This document shows, in pieces, positions 35,946 through 48,421 of a stretch of DNA of 64,000 nt. Made by a program: the position numbers and the translations under genes. The first letter of the stretch is position 1. Each line of letters begins with the position of its first letter. The notes beneath the pieces were generated by a model. The model made no database searches and was not told the origin of the DNA. It saw only the letters and a program-made list of their open reading frames with translations. The stretch is from contig JALAGF010002059.1 in assembly GCA_030167865.1 (NCBI GenBank), forward strand, positions 1 to 64,000, read 5' to 3'. The DNA comes from Craspedostauros australis. Lineage: Eukaryota.

Positions 35946-38900
35946 ATGAGGTTTCCTCGAGCCACTCTGCTGTGGCTTGGCTGCTGCCTTCAAATCCACG
36001 CCTTCCTTCCATCGCAGCCAATCGCGAGCACGAAGGTGGCAACCTCGTCCATCACAACGCAATTTGCTCTCTATCCATTCGCCAAGCAAAAGTCGAAATC
36101 CGATTCCAATCAACAAGACAGCGGTGATGTCAACAACAACGATGACAACAAACATGGTGCCGTGCGCACGCAAGACGGATCGGAAGTTGCCAATGACAAA
36201 GACACAACGAGCGACCCTGATGGCAATCGTGACACCGCCGACCAAACGCAAGAGCCTTTGCTGGATTGGAAGGCATCTGGTTCCATTGGCAACCTTCTCA
36301 TGCAGATGCAAAAGCATGAATTGCAACATCAATCCGTCGGCGATAATTCTACAACTTTTGATGCTCCATGGGGTGCGAAGAGCGATGAGTCCATCGGTGA
36401 TGTCACATCACGAATCATCTGGAACGATCATAACAACAACAACAACAACAGTGATAAGCGTCCCCCCACAACACCAGGAGGCGACCAAGAAGTCGTAACG
36501 GAATTGCTCAAGGTCCCACCACCATCGCCTGCTGCGGCGATAGTGGATGATGAAGAAGCGGATAAGGGTTCCTCCATGCCAACACCAGAAGATGAACATC
36601 CAACCAAGCGACGGGGTCTGTTCCGACGAGTCTTCCAACGAAAGGGCAGGCAATCTAACAACAATGCCAAAACAATAACGGAACAAGGTGACATCCAGAC
36701 GAACCTGAACGACGAAGGTCTGGAATTCCAAACGTTCCCCAATAAACCAACCACGCTCAATGTCAATCTCGAACAAGACGTTATCGACGACGATACTGCT
36801 TTCGATGCCGGTGACGGAACAGCAGCGCCAACGGTCTTGCCACCACCGTCCGATTCCCCTTACTACTACAAGCTGTGGCTACGTCGCGATCGACGCAAGT
36901 TGACGATCTCTGTGGCCACCACCATCGAATCGGCGGAACAATGGCGCATGTTCTGTGAGCAAAAACCAGGTTATGGCGTCGTTCCCTTGCTCGAATGCAT
37001 TCAAGACGGTGCCAACCACATCCGCAGAACCACATCCTTGCTGGGACAGATTCGTAACCCGCGCATGCAGCAGCTTGACAGCAACAACAACAAGGATGAT
37101 ACGACTGATGCCATTCTCGAAACGACAGCTTATGCATTCCGTGCACTACGCAATCTGTGCGGAGTATCACCCGAATTGGCAGCTATCATCACGGATACCA
37201 TCTTGCGTGCCAACGAAGGGTTGATCAACACCACACCGGCGACACGACAGCCCCCATTCTTGCGATCACAGACTCAACAGCAACACACACTGTTGGAAGA
37301 TATGATGCTCATCTTGCAATATGCGCACAAGCAGACAGCTCCAACACCTCCCCTTCTGGAGCAGGTTCTGTCCAACAAGAGACGGCAGAAACGACGAGGT
37401 GAGTTGCAGCTTGCACGCTGGTGTATGCATTCTTTGTTTTGCCGGGTTGGATTTTGATTTTGCGTTGCTTTATATTCACACTCTGCTTCTTGCCATTCCA
37501 TGTCACTCCTGCGTACATGTGCAGACACCATATCAAGTTGCAAGCTGTATGTCACCCAACTGCTGTTGGCAATCTCTGTTGCCAGCGACAATGCCGTGGA
37601 CATGCTCTGCGAAACCGAGGACATGTTGGATACTGTCCTTGAATTGTCCTCCTACAGCGAGAAAAACAAGAAACTTGACGATAGCGATAACGACGACAGC
37701 GATAACAGCCATTCCAAAAAGGGACTATTTCAACGATTCCGAAGGAATGTCGAGACGCCGTCATCGTCATCACCCTCTTCTTCTGACGCAGGAGCAGGGA
37801 CGGCACTACCATCGAAGCTTGATTCCAAATGCGAGATCGCCGCCAACCAGATTCTGGCCGCGATGGGGTATAACCATTGGGTGCCCAAGGTGCCAGGACA
37901 GAGAGGTCTGCGGATTCTCAGCCTCGACGGTGGTGGCGCACGTGGCATGGCGTCCGTCACGGCCGTCAAGAGCATGGTGGACGCGACAGGCGGCATGGAG
38001 ATTTCGGATTCCTTCGACATGGTGGTGGGCACGAGCACCGGTGCCATCATCGCCTTCCTGCTGGGATTGCGACGCGAGACTGGAGACGAGGTCGTGCAAC
38101 GATACAACGACCTGCTGCAAAAGGTGTTCACGAAGAGCGCCTTGAGTTTGCCGATGATGCTGTTCACGACGGCGAGCTACGACGAGTCGCATTTCATGGA
38201 CGTGATGAATGAAATCCTGGGGGATGGCACCATGCTGGACACGCGCGGCGATCCCAAGGTCCCGTACGTGTTCGCCGTGTCCAGCAAGATGCTGTCCATC
38301 CCCACCCACGTGGCGTTGTTCCGAAACTACAACTACTCCGGCCGTGAGGTGACGGATCCGTTCACCATCGATCCCGATGTGGCACGCGAAGAGCTGGGTT
38401 TGGGATTGGATCTGGAGGACCATCGCATCCGTTCCAGCGCCTACCCACGGCGGCCGTCACAATCGGGAGATTCTGGCATCGCCCCCACCGTCAAGGGTGC
38501 GAACGGCGGATCACGCAATCCAGGCTCCTTCCGCGTGCTGCAACGGTACGCGTTACGTGCCTCCACCGCCGCACCCACCGTCTTCAAGCCAGTAATGATG
38601 GGTGGCGAGATGTACTGCGATGGTGGCATCGTATCCAGCAACCCCACGGCTGTTGCCATCCACGAGGCCCGCAGCCTCTTCCCCGACGTTCCCATCGAAC
38701 TGGTCGTGTCCATGGGAACGGGCGCCTTCACGGAAGCCAAGAGCAATCCCCGCATCGGCTGGGACGGCATCATCGGGCAGATCGTGGACAGCGCCTGCGA
38801 CGGCGAACAGGTCCATCACGTGTTGGAGGATGTTCTGGGTGACAGCGCCACCACCAACCTGGGACAGACCGTCTCCGGCACACGGTACTTCCGATTCAAC

Positions 38901-39065
38901 CCCGTGGTGGGCCCACCCGATTCCTTCCCGATCGACGTGACGGATCCCAAGAAGCTGCAATCCCTGAAGACCATCACCATCAATTACATGGAGGCGCCGG
39001 AGCAGCAGGCCAAGCTGAAGGAGATCACGAACATCCTGAAGGGTCGTCGGCGGTTTCTCCCATGA
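35946..39065 (+). CDS. Patatin-like phospholipase (iPLA2-gamma/PNPLA8-like) with signal peptide; exons 35946-37398 and 37525-39065
   Basis: LRILSLDGGGARG, VGTSTG (catalytic Ser), LRASTAAP, DGG (catalytic Asp), VVSMGTG, YFRFNP. N-terminus ..QIHA-F. Intron GTGAGT(37399)..CAG(37524). Confidence 0.88.
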
Positions 39066-39280
39066 GCGGATGTGTTGCGAGAGTGGAGCGTATTGGCAGG
39101 AGGAATGGAGTGCGATAGATTACCAAGCACAGCGCCACGGTATTCTATTCTACGATAATGGTTGATGAATGGACCACCACTCTGCAGTACTAGTATGTGA
39201 TTCATTATCTATGGCATTGCAAAACATACCAGCAGCATAGCATACAGTCGCTTAGCTGAAGTCCTTGCCTGGATGAGGGT

Positions 39281-40684
39281 TTAGTCCGATGACTCGCCGG
39301 TGGCACTGGCTTTGTCCTTGCTGGATTCCTGAGTCATCTTGACGATGGCTTCCTTCACGGCCTTGCGCTCCGTGATGGGCTCCGGGAATGGCAAACGCAG
39401 CTTGAACTGCTGCGGCTGTCCTGGCAGCTGATCGTTGTCGTCCGCATCGCGCGTGATCTTGACGTACATGCCCAACGAATCCATCGACGTGATTTCGGCG
39501 CCCTTGACGTAACCCTCCTTGTCGAGGCTTGGGATGTAGTGCTGCACCATGGCGATCGTGCTGTCCTGATGATCGTCGTTCATGTGCGCCGCAACGTGCG
39601 GACCAAAGGCGGCGATGGGATCGGGCGCCGAGTCGGTGTACTCCTCCGCCGTGATGGATCCGGCGCGTGCGAAACCACCGACGAATCGCACGTTCTCGAC
39701 CTGCATACGGTACCAGAAGAAGTCGCCGAAGTTGACCCAGAACGCACCGGGGTGCTTCTTGAGGTAGATCTCCTTGGCCTTTTCGATTTCGTCCTTGTCC
39801 TTGAGGCGCGAGCAGGTGCCCATGAGGTTGACGCGTCCATCGGCGGCGCCCTTGAATTCTTTCGAGGCGACTGTGAGGCTGCAGCGTGGGTCGGCGAGGA
39901 TGTCCTGGGTGTGGGAGGACATGCCGGAGAAGACGAACAGCGGGCGTCCCTCCTCGTCGGGTGCGAAGCCAACCACGGAGCCGCCCGGAAATCCGGGGTT
40001 GCTGTTTGTTTGAGCGGTGGTGGAGCAGAGGTGGAGGGTGTTGGTTATTGTTTGAAGCAAAGAGATACAGGTGAGTTAAATTGGTTGATTGGTTGATCAT
40101 GTTGCATTCCATTGCGTTGCATTCTATTGCATCGCCTGCGTGAAGACCAGGAGAGGAGCAATCCGAATTAGAATCCGAATGGAGTTGGGCAGAGTGCACA
40201 GAGATGCATCCACCTCTTCATCCTGACTGGAGACTTGGGCACAATCAAAGTCCCAGTTGAATCGACTCCAAATTGCATCCAACATATGCATCGCATCCAA
40301 CGCATTCAATGCATCCAACACCCCCACTCACGCCTTGGAGTTGGTCGACATGACTGCGAAGCCATGATTGTACTGCACGAGGCTCCGCACGTCAGCCGGA
40401 AAGCCGATCTTGGGAGCGTTATTCTGATGATCCATGTAGGCCTGGGCGCGCTGCAGCTGGTCCGGCGTGAACTGGTCCATGGGATTGGCGCCACCGACAT
40501 CGTGCGTGGGGGCGTGGAAGGCGGCGGTGGAGCTAGCACGCGCAGTTCGTGCAATCGGTGCAAAGCCATGAGACGTCGGAACTGCAGAGGCAATCATCCA
40601 CAGCATCAATGCAGCAGACCCAATAGACGCTGTCCATGCAGCACGAGGCGCACTCGGTGCAAAAGTTGATGAAGGGATAGTCAT
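39281..40684 (-). CDS. Split-barrel PNPOx-like / HugZ-type heme-binding protein with C-terminal DUF2470 (HOZ / GluTR-binding-protein-like), plastid-targeted; exons 40684-40332 and 40001-39281
   Basis: GFPGGSVVGF..D..GRP.F..SGMSSHT..ILADPRCSL, YLKKHP, FGDF, RFVGGFARAG, HMNDDH, MDSLG. Presequence SHG-FAP. Intron GTGAGT(40331)..CAG(40002). Confidence 0.85.
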
Positions 40685-41527
40685 AGCACCAAGCTGATGA
40701 TGTCGATGCGTCGGTGTCCGTGTTTGTGTGGTTGCGCGCGGCTGGGTCAAGCTCGGGCGCTTCCTCCTCTTCGAATAGCAGGTTTTGCATCAGCAACATG
40801 GTCGGTGGAGGTGGTGGTGGTGGTGGTGGTGAAGAAGGGCTCTTGTCTGTCTTCTTGGCTTCTTTGTCTGTCTCTTGTGCTCTCTCTTGGTTTCGTGGAA
40901 GGATGCTGATGTGTGCACAGCTGAATCATCGCAAGGGATCTTCTTGTCACCACACCAACAGGAAAGTCACGCAAAACCGAACTCTTCCGCGTGCGCCAAG
41001 AGAAACACTCGCCAAATAGCTGTCGCAGAGGTGTCGCCGTGACATCAATCGCAGAAACTAGTGGTGGGAGTGGAACGGGACTGCAAGCGAAACACGTGAT
41101 ACGTCGTATCTTCTTGTGACACGAGAAAGAAGGCGAATGCGTGTTTCTCGTAGACTACGACCTAGTCGTATGACTGACATGGAGACAGGTGGGTTTGTGA
41201 AGCTACTTGTCTCCACAAATAGTATGCTGCTCATATTCTACTACAAGCATGAGTGGGGTGTCCATTTCTGAACTATTGTCGTTGCTGTTTGGAGAATCAC
41301 CTGAGATTCCATGGAGCGACACAATGAATCGACAGAGTTGCAACGCCATGACATGAATGCGATAATATGCTCTAATCTGTTTGGTGCCGTGATCGGCGCC
41401 ACGCTCCGACAATGGGCTACTCAAATATATGCACAGTGTCTACGACACATTGATTGGTTCAACAGTCACATAGGCCATCGCCATGGCCACAGCCATCCAA
41501 CGCACCCTAGTTCCCATCCTCAGTCTG

Positions 41528-43084
41528 CTAATCCGCCACCTTGTCCACAGGAAACCGCTCCGCCAACGGCCCGCTGCCGCACTGCAGATGGAACCGATTC
41601 GACCAGCACGGAATTTGCTGCGGTATCGGCGGCATTTCCGGTGGCACGTAGGTCCCCGTCTGGTAATGATTCCACCGCGCCTCAAACAGAAGCTTGGAAT
41701 AATCATACAGCCACAGATCCTGCGGAATCAACGATCGCAGCACCTCCCGTGCTTCGTCCGTCAGTTCGACGCGCTGCGTTTTCCTAGCCTGGTTGGCCCG
41801 TGCCATGGTGGGAGTCTTCTCGAGCTGGAACTCGTGCTGCAGCAGCTCCATCGACCGCGGCAGATCTTCCAGAATCCCGAACCACCGCGTCGAATCCAAC
41901 CGCTCCGCCGCCAATTGGAGCATGGCGACGTGATCCTTGGCCTTCTCTTCCTTGGCCGGTATTTCGGCCTTGGTGCAACCAACCCACGACGCGATATGCG
42001 TGCCCGTCAGCCACGACACGGCGGCCTGTCCGTCCTGCCAGGCATCGCGCGAGTCCAACAGCTCCTGTTCGTTCGATTCCAGCAACCATTCGTTGATCGT
42101 GCGGCTCTTCATGCTCTTCGGGGCGTAGGCGAATCGACGGAAGAAGTAGAAGTGCGAGATGGCACGCGAGACGGGTTCGCGCAGCAACGTGACGACATCG
42201 ACGCGCGGGCCGTGTTTTTTGAGTTTGTCGATGAAGACCCAATCGAAGTGGCGGAATCCGACGTACTTGTACTTGATCTCCATGGCGATGTGTTTTCCGA
42301 GGGTATCGAAGGACGTGCCGCCGTTCTTGCCGATGTGCAGGAAGACGAGCTCGTTGCGGTGGACCTTGTCGTTGGCCTCGCCTTTGTTTGTGTTCAACTT
42401 GATCTTGGGTTGGGTTTTCGTCTTGACGCTGTGGACGACGAGCACACGCTTTTGTGAGATTTCTTGGGGCGGATCATTGCCTCCAGCGTCGTCGATCATG
42501 TTGGCCTGCTTCGCGTGCTTCACCGGTTGTTGCTGCTGTTGCTGATGCTGCTCCTCCTTGCCGCTGTCAACATCGACCTGAGCTTCGCCATCGGCTTGGC
42601 CATGCTCACCGTTGTGCGCCTGAAACTTGAGCTTGGCAGGCAAATGCCGCGATGCGAGGAGTTCTTCTTGGTCCGCAACGTCACCAAACCGCGGTCCGTG
42701 ATCCCCGCGAATGCGGTGATGCGAGAAACGCCCGTCCTCCTCGTCAAAGGCCATCGGCGCAACATGATCCTCGTGATGGAACCGATCGCGCAGCTTGTGC
42801 GCCAGTTTCCGAGTCTCCTGTGCAACGCGATTCGTTGCTGCCACACTGCTCTGCTTGGCGGGGTTGAAGGCGGTGCCCGATACACCAGCACCAGCGCCAG
42901 CACCAGCACCAGCCGCTGATGATGCTGATGCTGAGCTATCCTCCGACGGAATGCGGGCGATGATGAAGAGGAAGATGACGAACTGCACGATCCCCATGAC
43001 CAGCAGCACGCTCAGCAGCAGCGAGCTCCGATTCGATTTCTTGCCGCTGCCGCCCGACCGCTTCTTCGATTGTCGCACTTTCAT
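41528..43084 (-). CDS. Golgi-type carbohydrate sulfotransferase (Sulfotransfer_2 / HS2ST-Gal3ST-like), type II membrane
   Basis: 5'-PSB motif LVFLHIGKNGGTS, 3'-PB motif TLLREPVSRAISHFYF, FGILED..RSMELL, DLWLYDY. N-terminal TM follows a basic tail. Confidence 0.88.
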   Translation of the reverse strand: MKVRQSKKRSGGSGKKSNRSSLLLSVLLVMGIVQFVIFLFIIARIPSEDSSASASSAAGAGAGAGAGVSGTAFNPAKQSSVAATNRVAQETRKLAHKLRDRFHHEDHVAPMAFDEEDGRFSHHRIRGDHGPRFGDVADQEELLASRHLPAKLKFQAHNGEHGQADGEAQVDVDSGKEEQHQQQQQQPVKHAKQANMIDDAGGNDPPQEISQKRVLVVHSVKTKTQPKIKLNTNKGEANDKVHRNELVFLHIGKNGGTSFDTLGKHIAMEIKYKYVGFRHFDWVFIDKLKKHGPRVDVVTLLREPVSRAISHFYFFRRFAYAPKSMKSRTINEWLLESNEQELLDSRDAWQDGQAAVSWLTGTHIASWVGCTKAEIPAKEEKAKDHVAMLQLAAERLDSTRWFGILEDLPRSMELLQHEFQLEKTPTMARANQARKTQRVELTDEAREVLRSLIPQDLWLYDYSKLLFEARWNHYQTGTYVPPEMPPIPQQIPCWSNRFHLQCGSGPLAERFPVDKVAD

Positions 43085-43608
43085 GGTGTTGCTGTTGGTA
43101 TTGGGATTGTTATGGATTATCAGTCTGTCAATAGATGTGCTCTGCTGTGTTGCGCCATGAGGAGGAGCCAAAGGCGAAGGATGTCTGGTTGCACCTGTCT
43201 TGCGTTGGTTGTGTTCTGTGAGTTAGTTAGTTGTTTTGGGACCGTTTGGAGGGAAGTCATTTGTGTCCGTGTTGTGCGATTGGTCTCTTGTGCGCAAACA
43301 AGACGCGAGCAATTGGCTGTGTGTGACTCCTTCGACTGGAACTCACGGAGAAAGCGCTCAAGGCGGAGTCACGGATCCAAACGCGATTCGAATTTGAGAA
43401 TCCGAAAACAAATGCGGAAGATTCATCGATCCGAGGAGGAAGAGTTGGTATCTTTCCCATTGATGTGCCCACTTTGTGTGGAGGGGTGAGCCCGGGAAGA
43501 GAGCAACCCTCTTGATGCGTTGGCAACACTTGCAAGGACTCGTAGAAGTACTCCACCATACTATACTTTTCCAATAGAGATTCCAATGCCCTTGCGCTGG
43601 CGTTCAAC

Positions 43609-44886
43609 ATGTCGTCCATCAGCACCATCACCAACATTGACAGATATCGGTTCAACCTGGACCGAATGCAATCACCACCATGGTCGTCATCGTCGTCGTC
43701 GTCGTCGTCGTCAGAAGCAGCTGCTGCAGACATGCCAAGAGCCACCATGAAGGCCATCGTCACGCAAGGCGTCGGCGACTACGATCAGCTCCAGCTCAAG
43801 GAGGTTCCCATCCCACATGAACTCAAGGACGACGAAGTCCTTCTGCAGGTTCTGGCGGCTGGCATCAACAACACAGACATCAACACGAGGCTGGGATGGT
43901 ACTCTGCCAAGGTCACGACGGGCACAACCACGTTGGTGGAGGATCAGGACGAAACCAACGATGCCAAACAGAGCGGAGACGGCGGATGGAATTCCACCAC
44001 GCCCTTCCCGTTCATCCAAGGCACGGATTGTTGCGGACGTGTCGTCAAAGTCGGCACCAACAATACGAATAGCATATACGCATCCCTCCTCGGCAAGCGC
44101 GTCCTCGTACGTGCCTGCATGCGCACGCATGGCTGGAAATCGGTGCAAAACATCTGGATGGCATCCGACTTCGATGGCGCCTTCGCCCAGTTCGTCAAGG
44201 TCCCGGCCGACGAGGTCTTCGTTGTGGACTGCGACTGGACCCACGCAGAATTGGGTTCCATCCCCTGTTCGTACGGCACGGCGGAGAACTTGCTGTGCAA
44301 GGCCCAGCTGCAGGCGCACGACACGATCCTCATCATGGGCGCGTCGGGCGGTGTGGCATCGGCGGCCATCCAGCTGGCCAAATGTCGCGAGGCGACCGTC
44401 ATCGCCGTCACGAGCGCGTCGAAGCGGGAGCAGGTTCTGGCGATTGGCGCGGATCGCGTGTTGGATCGCAGCGCCGATCTCGTGGACGTGCTGAGAGAAG
44501 AGTCTGTCGACGTCGTGTTGGACATCGTGGCGGGGCCCAATTTTGGGACGATGCTGCAGTTGATGAAGCGCGGCGGGCGGTACGTGACGGCCGGTGCCAT
44601 CGCGGGGCCCTTGGTGACGTTGGATATGCGGACGCTGTACCTCAAGGATCTCACGTTGCTGGGTTCCACGGCGTGGGTGGAGGAGGTCTTTCCCAACCTG
44701 ATCTCCTACATTGAAGGAGGGCAGATCAAGCCTCTCGTGTACAAGACGTACCCTTTGGAGCAGATCGCGCAAGCGCAGCAGTGTTTCATGGAGAAGAAGC
44801 ACATTGGCAAATTCGTTCTGCTGCCGCCAGAGTTGAATGAAGAGCAGAAACGGTTTGTCGATCGGATGGCAAGCAGAGCAGAGTAA
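43609..44886 (+). CDS. Medium-chain dehydrogenase/reductase (quinone oxidoreductase / alcohol dehydrogenase-like)
   Basis: EVLLQVLAAGINNTDINTRLGWY, PFIQGTDCCG, DGAFAQF, PCSYGTAENLL, GASGGVASAAIQLAK, GAIAGP, LYLKDL, GKFVL. The true start could be 43609, 43666, 43732 or 43747. Confidence 0.9.
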   Translation: MSSISTITNIDRYRFNLDRMQSPPWSSSSSSSSSSEAAAADMPRATMKAIVTQGVGDYDQLQLKEVPIPHELKDDEVLLQVLAAGINNTDINTRLGWYSAKVTTGTTTLVEDQDETNDAKQSGDGGWNSTTPFPFIQGTDCCGRVVKVGTNNTNSIYASLLGKRVLVRACMRTHGWKSVQNIWMASDFDGAFAQFVKVPADEVFVVDCDWTHAELGSIPCSYGTAENLLCKAQLQAHDTILIMGASGGVASAAIQLAKCREATVIAVTSASKREQVLAIGADRVLDRSADLVDVLREESVDVVLDIVAGPNFGTMLQLMKRGGRYVTAGAIAGPLVTLDMRTLYLKDLTLLGSTAWVEEVFPNLISYIEGGQIKPLVYKTYPLEQIAQAQQCFMEKKHIGKFVLLPPELNEEQKRFVDRMASRAE

Positions 44887-44983
44887 AAAAGCAGAAATGA
44901 ACTGTTTTATTTGCGCAGTTGCATATCATTGGGCACGGAGCGTCTGCTCCCTCCATTCTATTCTATTCCATTCAAATCTTCGT

Positions 44984-46051
44984 TCAATCCAAGTACGGAT
45001 TGAATCCCCGCAATTTGGGCTGCGGCAATTCCACGACAGTGGCTTGCGCCAACGCTTCCGCGTTCGCCACATCTTGCGGTGCGATGAAGCCAAACCATTG
45101 ATTCATGGTGCCGTTGATCTCCTTCAGCAACTCGTTCAGCTCCACCCAATCCGTCGTGCCGCAATACAGCTCGGCTGCGATGTCCTCCATTAAGGTTTGA
45201 ATCTTGTTGCGGTACAGATCGCGCAAATCCAGATCGGCCGTGATGACGGCCTTGACATCGGGCAGCTGATCGGCGCGGATGAGCTGCTTCTTGACTTCAG
45301 GCGATGCCGTCAAGACGTACGTTTCGCCGAACTGCAAGTTCGCAGTGTAGATGTTGAGGGCGGCGCGCAGGGAGCGGCCCGATAGCGGAATAGGGGTGTC
45401 CGTTGTTGTTTGTTGCTGTTGTTGCACGGTCTGTTGATCCATCTTGTACCGCAGTGCTATTGGAATCGTCTTGCGGTTGACGGCTCCGCCATTGCTCGTT
45501 TTGGGTCGTTCGATGATGGATTCCAGCTGTTGTCGAAGGTCTGTCGTCGTCGTGTCGTCGTCGTTGCCGGCGTTGGCGTTTCGTTCCGTCAAGAGCTGAG
45601 ATGCCAGCGCCTGTGCTTGCTGTAGCAGCAGCCTCTGTTTCGTTGCTGGAACAAGTGCTTCGGTCGGAGCTCTGGGGCGGTTCTGCAAGGGATCCTTCTC
45701 GCCATCTGCAGTACCCGCAGCATCGGAGGACTCGCCAACGGCGGCATTGGCGCGGAGTGGAAGCTGAAAGATGCCCAAGGTGGTCACGGCAGGCGTTGCC
45801 ACGGCAGATAGGAATCGCCTCCTTGATTGCGCAGGCAGTTGATCAGTTGGTTCACGGCAGACTGACGTTGGTGCCAAAGGCGACGTCAATGCACGAGTAG
45901 AACCATTCGGATCTCCATCATGTGTCACTTGTGGGAATGGTGATGCTGGCTTCGTGGGCATCTGGACGAAGGAAAGGCAGGCCGACTCCGATGCCAGCAA
46001 CACCAATGCAAGCAGGGACCTTCTTCTGAGGGCGTAGCAACGAACCGGCAT
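44984..46051 (-). CDS. Hypothetical protein with tripartite thylakoid-lumen (Tat) targeting
   Basis: Signal peptide ending CLS-F, then SRRRFLS-hydrophobic-ANA|A twin-arginine signal and a helical C-terminal domain (DLDLRDLYRN). Confidence 0.72.
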   Translation of the reverse strand: MPVRCYALRRRSLLALVLLASESACLSFVQMPTKPASPFPQVTHDGDPNGSTRALTSPLAPTSVCREPTDQLPAQSRRRFLSAVATPAVTTLGIFQLPLRANAAVGESSDAAGTADGEKDPLQNRPRAPTEALVPATKQRLLLQQAQALASQLLTERNANAGNDDDTTTTDLRQQLESIIERPKTSNGGAVNRKTIPIALRYKMDQQTVQQQQQTTTDTPIPLSGRSLRAALNIYTANLQFGETYVLTASPEVKKQLIRADQLPDVKAVITADLDLRDLYRNKIQTLMEDIAAELYCGTTDWVELNELLKEINGTMNQWFGFIAPQDVANAEALAQATVVELPQPKLRGFNPYLD

Positions 46052-48421
46052 TGCGAGGTCGATGGTTGGTGCGAATACTGATGCCGCAGAGATGCTATCT
46101 GGCAACGTCGTTGAAGATCCGATCACAGCCCTGTTGGAAAGAGAGAGAGAGAGAGAGAGACACTGACGAACGAAGCGCAAAGGAAGAGATGTTGGTGTCA
46201 GCTGCCATGTATTGTTGACAGTAAACAACGCTCTCGTGTCACTGATGATGTCTGGCACACAACAGAGAAAATCAAGGCCGAATCAAGGCCGAATCAGAAG
46301 AGATCTGGCGTTTGGGTCCCAACCCGGTCTTCTTTGTCTGAAGGCAGATCGCTCCCTCAACGCATCAACGCATCAACCCATCAACCCATCAACCAACCAA
46401 TCAGTGAATCGGTTGTTTCGGAACCATCTTCCACACAGTCACGAGCACTTGGATACGAAAGATCGCAAAGAGAGAAAGGGAGCGAGAAGTTGACATCTTC
46501 CATCAGCCTTTCGGTCCTTGCTTCCCTTGCTTCTTTTCCTCATTCCTCTCCTGATGTCTCTCCTCGGTTCCTTTCCGTTCCTTGACGTCATCATTGATTG
46601 GTTGATGGATGAGGCCACCACAACCATCCATTCCTTCTCTCTCTCGTCGACGAACGTTTCTCCACGGCAGGAATGTCATGCTTCAATCAATCCCTTTTCA
46701 TGTGTTTGGAGCCTCGGAAAGCGACTTGTGCCACACCAAACAGAAGTCGATTGTAGACGATGGATGAGGAATGTTCCACAGGCGTCGACTTTGTGACATT
46801 GATATCCGCTGTGCATAACGACGAAGGGCTATTATCACCAAACTCAAAGTGATGTCGGTGCCATGTGGATAACTATCATCACAGCTTCTTCTTTTGACGT
46901 ACTAAATGAGAACCTCAAGCTTCGCATCTCGTGATTCCTTCGACACAAACGTGATCACACCATTTGGCCTCCGGAAGCAACCACTTTCGAGTACTTTTTC
47001 TCTTGTGCGTGTGCCCATAAATACAGGTGCTCCACGCAGAAAAGAACATGCACCAGCTCCGCTGCTTGATTCCTTGCTGTTGGTGTGTGTGTCACCCTAA
47101 AGGCAAACGGCCTCTGAGGCTGAACTTCTGATGTTGGAACGAAGAGTGGACAGCAGCCAAAATAGCATAGTATAGTGCCTATTGATCAAGAGAGAGAGAG
47201 AGAGAGAGAGTTTGGCGCATACGTACTTTGCTTGTGGTATCCGTTCTCTGCCCATCAAGAGATGTTGGTGGTATTGCACCATGCTCTCATCCAAGAGCAG
47301 GCAGAAATGGCTCCTCGCAGCCTTCGCGATCGAGCGGCACTCTTGTGAAGGAACTGTTCTTGTTTTCGAGAATCGGCCCCTTGCTTCTTCCGGCGACAAT
47401 CCAGCGGTTTGGTTGAAAGTTGTGCTGCTTCGGGAGGGGATCAAGGACGAAAGCTGTTCTCACGAACATCGGAATGGTCCAAATTTTAGAGCAGGTAAGA
47501 GCACAAGGTGTGAGCGTGAGTGTGAGTACGAGAGGATGGCTCAGGCAAGAGGGGGGAGATAGGGACAGAAGGAAGAGGCCAAAAAAAAAAGGCTTGGCCC
47601 TGGGCACGGTGGAAGCACGTGTCTGAGGGAGAGCGGCTCTCCCACAAAGCACGTGTGTGTGAGGGAGCACAGACGAACCATTTTGGCACCGTTGCGCAGA
47701 GAGGTCACGAGGCGGCAAGATTGGAGGGTTCGTTTCTGGTCCTCGAGGGAATTATCAATCGCCCAAACCCGTCGCCGCATGTCTTGCCTGGACCACACAT
47801 TCTCCCTTGTTCGGGACGTCTCCGTGCGAGCAAACCACAACCCTTACACGAACCAAGGAACACTCATGTGTGCCAATTGCACAACAGAACGCCCTACCGA
47901 ACCACGGCATTGCCCCTCCCACAAAATTCGATACAACGCAGCAGTACGAGCGTAGGACCATCGCACAACGGAACATTCCGCATTCGGGGCCGAATCTCCT
48001 CGCCAGACAAACGCACCTGCACACAAACAAAAACACACAAAGAGAACAATCGTACGAAGACACAATAATACAAACACACAAAGGAAAGCACCATCTTACC
48101 ACGATGCACAAAGAGAGGATAAAGATATAGCACAAACTCAAACAGCCCACAACGTACTTGCGCTTGCACTCGTAATTGTAGCTCGTACCACGCCTCTTGC
48201 AACGATCCATCGACGACACTCACTCGGAACAACACAAGGATTGGAACGAGATTCGTCACGCAGCACACACGCGCACCCAACCAACCAAAACTGCGCCAAA
48301 TCAATACGTCACAGGAATCAGCAGAAAGCATCGGCACAGTGTGGTCCTCGTGATGAGTGATTCCCACGAAGCATCGCATGACACCGCGTTTCTCGATTGG
48401 AAACGTCAACACAACCATCCG

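Noticed and set aside
46300-48400. Short ORFs in the long divergent intergenic spacer
   Set aside because: No recognisable motifs or coding bias; microsatellite-containing promoter/UTR-like sequence.
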